Assembly: GCA_046563655.1 (NCBI GenBank)
Contig: CM102284.1
Span: 6,758,001 to 6,822,000 of the forward strand
DNA: 64,000 nucleotides
Origin: Yuukianura sp. NJ FZ-2021
Lineage: Eukaryota
Direction: 5' to 3'
Of this stretch, positions 56,269-64,000 are shown one piece after another. The notes beneath the pieces are model-generated. The model was not told the origin of the DNA and searched no databases. It was given only the letters and a program-made list of their open reading frames with translations. Position numbers and translations under genes: made by a program. The stretch's first letter is position 1, and each line of letters opens with the position of its first letter.

Positions 56269-56786
56269 TTAACTTGTAGTAAAGTGAAGCGTGACGGTTT
56301 GATTTTGGTTTGGAAGCGAACGATTCGATGCAACAGTTAGGCACAGATAAATTAACGCACGGCTGACCAGTAGAATCACGGTAGTTGAAAGACAGGCTAC
56401 AGCGTGCTTGTTGTACACAAAATTGCAAAAGTTTTGGAACGATCTTTGAGTCGATGCTAACTTTGGACATCTCTCCAGAATCCACGTGATGGTCCAGCTT
56501 AGGACGCTGATTAGCACTCCAATGAATATCAGTCCTCCGAGAAAACTCAAATTGATCAGAGCAGCTACCTAGAAAGTCAGAGGTCATGTTTAGTAGGTCA
56601 GGAAACTGTAAATTGCTATGAAAATTTAGACAAAGTACTTACGATGTAGGTAAGACCTTCCTCTAGTCTCCAATCTCTCATCCACAATCGGATGGCTTGA
56701 TTTTCAATTTCCTCTATTGGAGTCATCCAATACATTAACTCACCTGTGAGTCGCCAAATGATCCACATTGTTACAAGTTCGACCAT
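56269..56786 (-). CDS. Candidate small membrane protein nested antisense in a collier intron
   Basis: Exons 56786-56643 and 56568-56269 join in frame through a 74-nt gtaagt...ttctag intron. Hydrophobic segments; minus-strand AATAAA at ~56214-56219. Start codon uncertain. Confidence 0.45.
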
Positions 56787-59700
56787 CAGTGAGTCAAGCA
56801 AGTGAACCACTTCTTCCTAAAAATTGATAAAAATTGAATCAAAATTTCGATTCTTCAGAAATTACATTAAGCTCATCTCAAAAAATTCTGGCATAAAAAG
56901 TACCGAAAGAAAGTCTGGCTCCTGATCCAAGTTTTTCTGGTCAAAATCAAACGAGAAACTCATCTTGATAGAAATCCGAACAGACACAAAAATGTAATCG
57001 TTTTTAGAACTTTTAGTATTTTTGAAACTATTTTTAAACAATTTTTCAAAAGAGATACGTTTTTTGAAAACAAAGTTTTAAAAATGAACGCAGAAGTTGG
57101 GGAAAGTTGATGCTTTCCTACTGCCATGCCGGTTGACGATTGTTTGTTATTTGAGAAAAAAAAAGTTCTTAGAGAATTGGTTTCCCGGGAGATTTCAAAA
57201 TTTTAAATGGAGAATGAAGTAGCTGTAAAAGAAGAAACAGAAGTTACGTGATTGGTGAAAAGGGATTGGAGTTTCCATAATTAATGGACTCCGATTCAGA
57301 TTTCTGATTCTGAATGGAAACGCGGGAACTTTTGCTACAGGATTCGGATGAGGTCATCTCTGCCCTGCTGAATCATGCGACACAGCAGAACTTACTGAAG
57401 GGAGCTCCTGGGCAAACAAACTTTCACTTCCACTTTCTTCTGTTTGACCGATAGAGTGGGGTGGTGGTTGTTCAGAATGATCTCTATGCACAGTGTTGTC
57501 AATGTTCCCCTGGGACAGTGTCAAAGGTCAACTTCCCGCATTTTTTGAATTTCCAAAAATTAAAAAAAAATGACAGAGCTGACATATCAATAAACATATT
57601 CAAAAATATTCTGGTTAGATTTGGAATTGAATGCACATTACAACTGTAACCTAAGAATTTTCCAAAATTGTTTTTGTTAATAGAAAATTTAATACAAAGT
57701 GGCAGTTTTGTTGATGTTGGTTTTTAAAATTGTTAGTTTCTGATTTTTTGAAAATGAAGATGTAATTTTGGAGCGTTTTGATTGGTTGACTGAAGGATGT
57801 GGTCCCAGAGGTATTGATTTCTCCTGTGGGATGAGAGTCCCTGGAGAACTCTCTCCTCACCTCCACTTCAGGTGCCTTTCACCGCACTTTCTCCAGACGC
57901 CATCCCAGATTTCCAGCGCCATTTTCAGCTCAATTCAAAACCTAACACAAATTGCCTCTCTGTTGCTCTCCTTTTACTCTACCTAGACTTAAGAAGATGA
58001 ATTCATGCTCGTTTTCTAAAAATCTAGACCAAAAAGTAACAATTTGTACATTTCCAGCCTTGTTTTTTCCAAATTGTCCCGCTGTAGAACATAATTTAAT
58101 TAATATTCCCCAAAAAATTTAATTCTGAAAACTCCCGTTTTCTTACGATGTTCTTAGATCATATGAGAGATGAGATTAAAGTTGTTTTTTAGAAAGAGAT
58201 TTTAAGATGCTGGAGCAGCATGCTGTCGTACTTCCTAGAATGTTGGGAGACTTTAATTTGGTTCTGCGAACGGTCCAAATGAAACCGTGGGGGATATTTT
58301 TTGACGTTTTTATCGTACCTAAAACTCCCTTTGCATAATGTCATTTAGACTGTGTCCAGAATGAGGTGGCGCTCAGCTACTTAAGTTCTGGCTTCAACTT
58401 TCTCCTCCTTTGTCCCTATTACTTTCACCGTCAAAACGCAACCTATCCATTTTTCCACAAGCAGCCTAAGACTCTCCAGCCTCTTTCAAAGTGCACGAGA
58501 TTCCATTAAGAAGGAAAGCACAAGATGGAGGCGAGAGCGATAGAAGAGGCAATTTAAAAGACTGTCGCAAGTCTTATTACTCTAAAGTAAATATTCACAA
58601 AATTGGAGGGGGAGGGCTTTCGAAACCTGCCCGGCTTTTTACAAAAAAAAATGAACCAATTTTGGGCACAACTTTCTTGTTCATAAACAAGTTAGCCACA
58701 AAAGGTCAGAGTTCAACCGGAAATTAACAAGGAAGTTTGATATGGCCAAGTTTTGTGTTCTTATTTCACATGATGGGCGGTATAGGTTACCTGAACAAAT
58801 CTTCCTTATTTTAGGATTTTTACGACGCAGAATTTTGTTTCATCCAGCGTAAAGGCATATCAAATTTTTGAAAAAGTTTGCAATTTTGATTTTTTTTTTC
58901 GGTTTAGTTTTTCTAAATTATTTTAGTGAACCTAATGAATCCAACTGTTGATGACGTTTAGAATTGCTCTTCTGGGACTAGCCTACCTTCAATTGGTCTC
59001 CAACATGCCAAATCCTAATATCACTTTATTGCAAGCGATGAACAGGAAGAAGGTGGAAAATCTAATTGTGTTTTTAGAAAATAGACAACGGGACGTAGGG
59101 AATGAGTCCCTTAAGGGACTTTCGTCTTCCCAACCCTCCCTCATCAACACAACTGAGCAAGGAGAGGGACATAACCTAACCTGTGGAAGTCACTAAATGT
59201 AAAGGTCAATATACTTTATGACCTCTGCTCACTTTGGACAGTTGATGTAATGAGGTTTCCACAAAATTAAAGTTTAAGAAACTTTTTCCGTTGGGAAAAG
59301 CCAAAGCTGAGAGAAAGTTTCGGTAAAAGTAAATATTTTGAAACAAAATTTTGAGCAAATCGGCTTTGCTGGTTTCAAACAAAAGTTTTGGAGTTGGTTT
59401 TCAAAATTTTTGTTCAAATTTTTTTTAATGATGCAGTGTGATTTTTGGAAAAGCCAAACTAACAATAGTACTGTTGATTGGACAGGGAACACCTAATGGT
59501 TATTGTTATTGTATCTGGTTATTATTGCCTCCTACTTGGAAAAAGAGAAGGACGTCGTGACATATGGGCCCTTAGAAGTTGCATGTCAGAGGGGCCTTAA
59601 CTGCTCTCACTTCCATTCATTTCCATAAAGAAAGTCAAGGGGACTTGGACATAAAAAGTCACTCTTTTTATGACTACACTTTTTCAAAAAACGTGAAAAG

Positions 59701-60483
59701 AAGCATCGGAATAATTCAGGGCGGGGTAATGATTGTGAAGAGTGAAAAAGAGCCTTCTGAGAGCATAATAGGAGGATGGTGATTTAATTCACCCGAGCCC
59801 TTCAAGTCCCCCCTTCCCTTTACAGTCGACATGTGTTCAGAAGAAACAAGTGGATCTTGTTCTATTATTTCAAAGGGACCCGTTACGTTAGACAAGCCTA
59901 GGTTAGATATTGTTAGGCTAGTCAACCACCACGAGCAAAACAAGGACAAGGGAGACTTAAGGGCTCACTTGTCTTTTTACGAATGGAAACAACAGACTGG
60001 GCTTCTGTTTGCCTCTTCTGACCTTTTCATGCTTCGGTTTGGACTCAATAGAAAGTTATCAATTTCTCTGGGTTACGTTTCAATAGAAGAGTTTGAACCC
60101 ATATGCCACCAATTTTGGTTCGTGCAGGGCAAGTGGATCAAAACAGGTTTCAAAATTTTGCGTAACAATTGATTTTTGATTTTTCAGAAAGCTATGTCAG
60201 AAGGTCAAGGTCAAAAAGTGAAAATTAAACTGAAATCCAATTTAAATCTACTTTCCTTGCTGTACTTTTCAAATTCAAAAGTGTCTTTACTCCGAAATTG
60301 AATTTTACACTTTTTTTCACTTTGAGAAAAGATATTCAAACTTTATTATCACAAAATGTGTTCAATTCGTCCGGCTTGTTTCAAAAGTGTTTTCAAAATT
60401 CATTAAAAAATTATTCATTAAATTATTCAATAAAAAAAAGTTTTCAAAAGCTTGTTTCAAAAGTTAAAAAACATTGAGATTTG

Positions 60484-60940
60484 AACGGAAGTGTAGCCGA
60501 TGGGAGAGAATTAATTAATTAAGTTGCGGAAATTAAGAAAATACTGAATGTAATGAATTATTATTACATATTATAAATAAATCTATTATATAAATATTTA
60601 GTACTAGTACGCCATGTAAGTAAAAATGTCATTCAGAATAGGATTACAGTGAGTGTCGGTTGCTAAAAAGTCACAGTGTGATTTGCATTGATTTTTGCGT
60701 GTCGTGCAGACTGCTATCCAAAAAAAGAACCCTCGATTTTGGCCTGATGCTATGCGGAGATTATGCGAACCAAAAAGGTTCCCGCCTTTTTTCAAGTTTT
60801 TTGTGACGTCACTCAGTTTGTCTTTGTGACGTCACTTATCTTATCTCGCATTCCCATTGTGCGGCATTCCCATTTTTTTTTCATCGGAAAAAATTATTAT
60901 TTTTAATTTGGCGTCTAGATGTAACAATAAAATTTTCTTA
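60484..60940 (-). repeat. Dispersed repeat family, copy 5
   Basis: Colinear with copy 2 over core and AT-rich arm. Confidence 0.85.
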
Positions 60941-62499
60941 CTTTTTTTTAAAATATCACAACAAAACTTAACCTTAAATTTGAATTAACATTGCAATTTG
61001 TGAATTTGTACAGGAAATTAATTTTTGGATGAGTTACAATGTTGTGTAAAAAAACCTGTAGAGCTGGAATTTAATTCCTAATGGGACTAATAACTTGTCC
61101 TCGTTTTACAGTTGGTTCCAAATGGACAGAAATTAATGTCAAAAACATTGCGTGTCTCTGCCATGAAAACTAATCATTCAAGTGCATTTTAATGATAGGT
61201 TGACCTCTGAACTCTGTCTCCGCACATCCTGCTCATTTCATAGTAATCATGTTGAAAAGACAAGTTTTTGTTAAAGTTAACTTTAACCTTTACTGAACAT
61301 TGTGTAACTTTCTAAGTTCGTCTTTCCCTCAAAAGTCCATTTTTGATACTTTTGTAAAAGTTTACGGTTGCGTTGAAGAACCTTTTGTTCTGCTTTCTCG
61401 TTCAAGAGATTGTGAATAAGAGATAATCTGATCTTGTGAGTTCACAATCCCTGAATGGTTCGTTAAGGACATTTGGACGCTTTTGCTTTCTTTTTTAGTC
61501 TTTCATGTTCTTTGTGTCTCCTGGCTGGTTTATTGGAGAAGGAAATTGAATTTTTGTGCTTGAATCCATCTGGCAGCAGAGGAGAAAGTAGCAAGGGAAG
61601 AATTGAAAATTAGAAAACAACTGAAATCATTCGACACAATCTTAATTTGGACGGAGAACCACAGGGACAGAATAGGAAATTAAAGACTTTCTTTCCTAAT
61701 TTCTGATTTGTAACTAACCGCCCACAGTAACACGAACTTAAACGTACTAAATGACAACCACTTATCAATCAAAGCTACAAATCATTAGAGCTGAAATTTT
61801 CAAAAAAAAAATTGATAGAATTTTTAGCATTTAGTCGTGGTGCTTTCTTCAAATTTTCGAAAAGTGACCATTGACACCCACAGGATAACTGCAAATGGAT
61901 GTTTACAGTTCTAAGAAAAAGTGAAAATTTGTGTCAGGTATAAAAAGAAGTGAAGCTTTTTTTGAGAGCTTGAACCACTTTCTTTGGAGAAGTTGAACTT
62001 TTTTCGGTTTGTGTCCCAACAGACCACTTAGTGTTGTGGAGTGCCATTGATTATGGACTTTCTCCCTTGTTTTTCATCCACTTTTTTATTAAAATTTGGA
62101 TCCTCTCGTGCTTAATTACGACGAAAGGAATTACTATGACTTGTTCAGATGGATTATACGGAATAGAAAAGCATTGGGCTTGTACGCTTCTTCCTAAAGA
62201 TTGACAGGAACACGCAAATCCTCCCATCGATTCATACTTGGATATTCTTATTTGTTCCATCATAGCCTAATTCCCTTAATTAACAGCCAAGCACAAACCA
62301 ATAATTACAAAGTGCTTTTCTGACTTCTACGGGAAAACATAGTCCTAACCAAATTAATTTCCATCTAAAAACTCAACAACAAGACAAAACTAAACTTTTA
62401 CTTCTTATGTGAACATTAATTTTAGTATTAATCCTAAAGAATACGTTTTTCCCATAACGTTTTTCAAATAAAACTTTCAAAATTTTAGACAATAAAAGA

Positions 62500-62940
62500 A
62501 AAATTAAAATTTTTATTGCTACATCTCGACGCCAGATTAAAATAAATTATTTTCTTGTATGCTCTGATAATGGGAATGCGAGATAAGGGAATGCGGTGAT
62601 AAGTGACGTCACAAAGTTTAGTAAGTGACGTCACAAAAAAATTGAAAAAAGGCGGGAAGCTTTTTGATTCGTATAATATCCGCATAGGATCCGGCCAAAA
62701 TCGAGGGTCCACTTTTTGGATAGCAGTCTGCACGACTTGAAAAATTCAACACAAATCACACTGTGTATTACTACCAACCGACACTCACTGTTCGCCAATT
62801 CTGAATGAAATTATGATTTACACATAATAAGATTTATTTATAATATATAATAATAATAATTTATTGTATTCTCTATTTTCTTAATTCCCAATTTAATTAA
62901 TTAATTGACTCTCTTCTCTATGCTCTGTTACACTTTCGTT
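62500..62940 (+). repeat. Dispersed repeat family, copy 6
   Basis: Colinear with copies 1 and 4. Ends tacactttcgtt, matching the arm ends of copies 2 and 5. Confidence 0.85.
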
Positions 62941-64000
62941 TAATTCTCAACAAAAACGGAAAAATGTTACTTAAATTGTTGTTTTTTGTTCAAAATTTTT
63001 TAAAATTAGGGTATGCCAAGAGTGGAATGTGACGGGAGATGGAGAGCATACATGACTAATAAGATGACGCTGAGCAGGGTGTGACGCCTGGGGGCGAAAA
63101 GAGAAAGTCCAGGCGACTCTGTTCGTTTCTCGGTTTGATTAGTTGAATTTCGTTTGCATAAAGAGGTTATGTACGCCGGGAAAGGCTCATTTCTGGAAGG
63201 AGTCCACCCGAGGGTACTCCAACTGCCCCCCACTTCCTTCTTTGCCTTGACAGTTAAGAGTCACTTTCTCCGAAAAGTCTCTATTTCGTATTATTTTATA
63301 CAATTTCCCGCCTTTCCCCTTCTTCTTTTGCCTTGCCTGAGGATGGATCCTAATCTCATATTTTGACATTTTCCTTCCATTCGTCTCCCTACGTCTTTTC
63401 CCGGGCAACAACTATAACATTATTCTGCTTCCCCCACCACTCTACTGTACCTTCTGATCTTCCAAATGCAGAGAAAGTCTAAGGGTTCAGTGTGTTCAGG
63501 GGGAGAAAACTGAATTGGAGGGAACCGGGGAAAAGGCGATAATGAGATTTCCAATCTACAGAAAGAACGAAACGACGCATCACTTTTACTTTTTCAGTTC
63601 AACCTAAGTTAAGTTAGTCTTTGCTCAAAGAGAAATCATAACAGTCTTCAGCGTGAATTCCTAAATTTAGTACTACGCAAAGTATGGATTTCTATGCTGA
63701 AAAACTTAAGAAATTGCAAAAAGAAAGGTGCACATTTCGCTGAATTCTGACATTTTTAAATTTCGGAAAAATGATAAACTTCCACTTCATACAGCTAAAA
63801 AATGTGTGATCTTCAGGTAAACCAAGTCATTAAGCCAATTAGGTTTGAAGTATGCTTTTCCGCGAGATTCAGCAGAATTGGTGAGAAAAGTTCCTGTTTT
63901 CACTTATTTTTTAGGAGTGAAAGCCACAATGCTGCCTATACTGGCTGCTGCTATGAAAGTAAATTTGAGCATATGTGACTCTGAGATAAAAGTTTTTGTT

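Noticed and set aside
56811-56825. ttcttcctaaaa (FFLK) as the next collier exon
   Set aside because: No acceptor precedes it and the frame continues IDK rather than FFLKCNQNC.

Overview
Eukaryotic, AT-rich, intron-containing DNA with mostly 50-100 nt introns. It is most likely an arthropod: the collier sequence and the serpin organisation are arthropod-like, but the exact taxon cannot be read from the sequence. Genes were assembled by hand from splice signals. In order: a divergent SPOP-like BTB gene (-), a small secreted Gly/Thr/Cys-rich protein, an EAAT/SLC1 glutamate transporter, a Spn42Da/Spn4-like serpin, importin-13, two tandem nicotinic-receptor ectodomain genes, a secreted protein with a duplicated unrecognised Cys domain, about 14.5 kb of non-coding DNA, and the first five coding exons of collier/knot (COE/EBF), with a candidate antisense gene in its last visible intron. 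Repeats: six copies of a dispersed element carrying TGACGTCA palindromes, and two MITEs (8-bp TSD and TA TSD). Highlights: (1) the two receptor-ectodomain genes have signal peptides and stop exactly where TM1 should begin, so they look like soluble acetylcholine-binding proteins (AChBP), and copy 2 has the residues linked to neonicotinoid binding; (2) the serpin has two candidate first exons and five mutually exclusive reactive-loop/C-terminal exons, one furin-type with KDEL and one ending in an apparent GPI-anchor signal. All gene models are manual predictions without transcript or database support.
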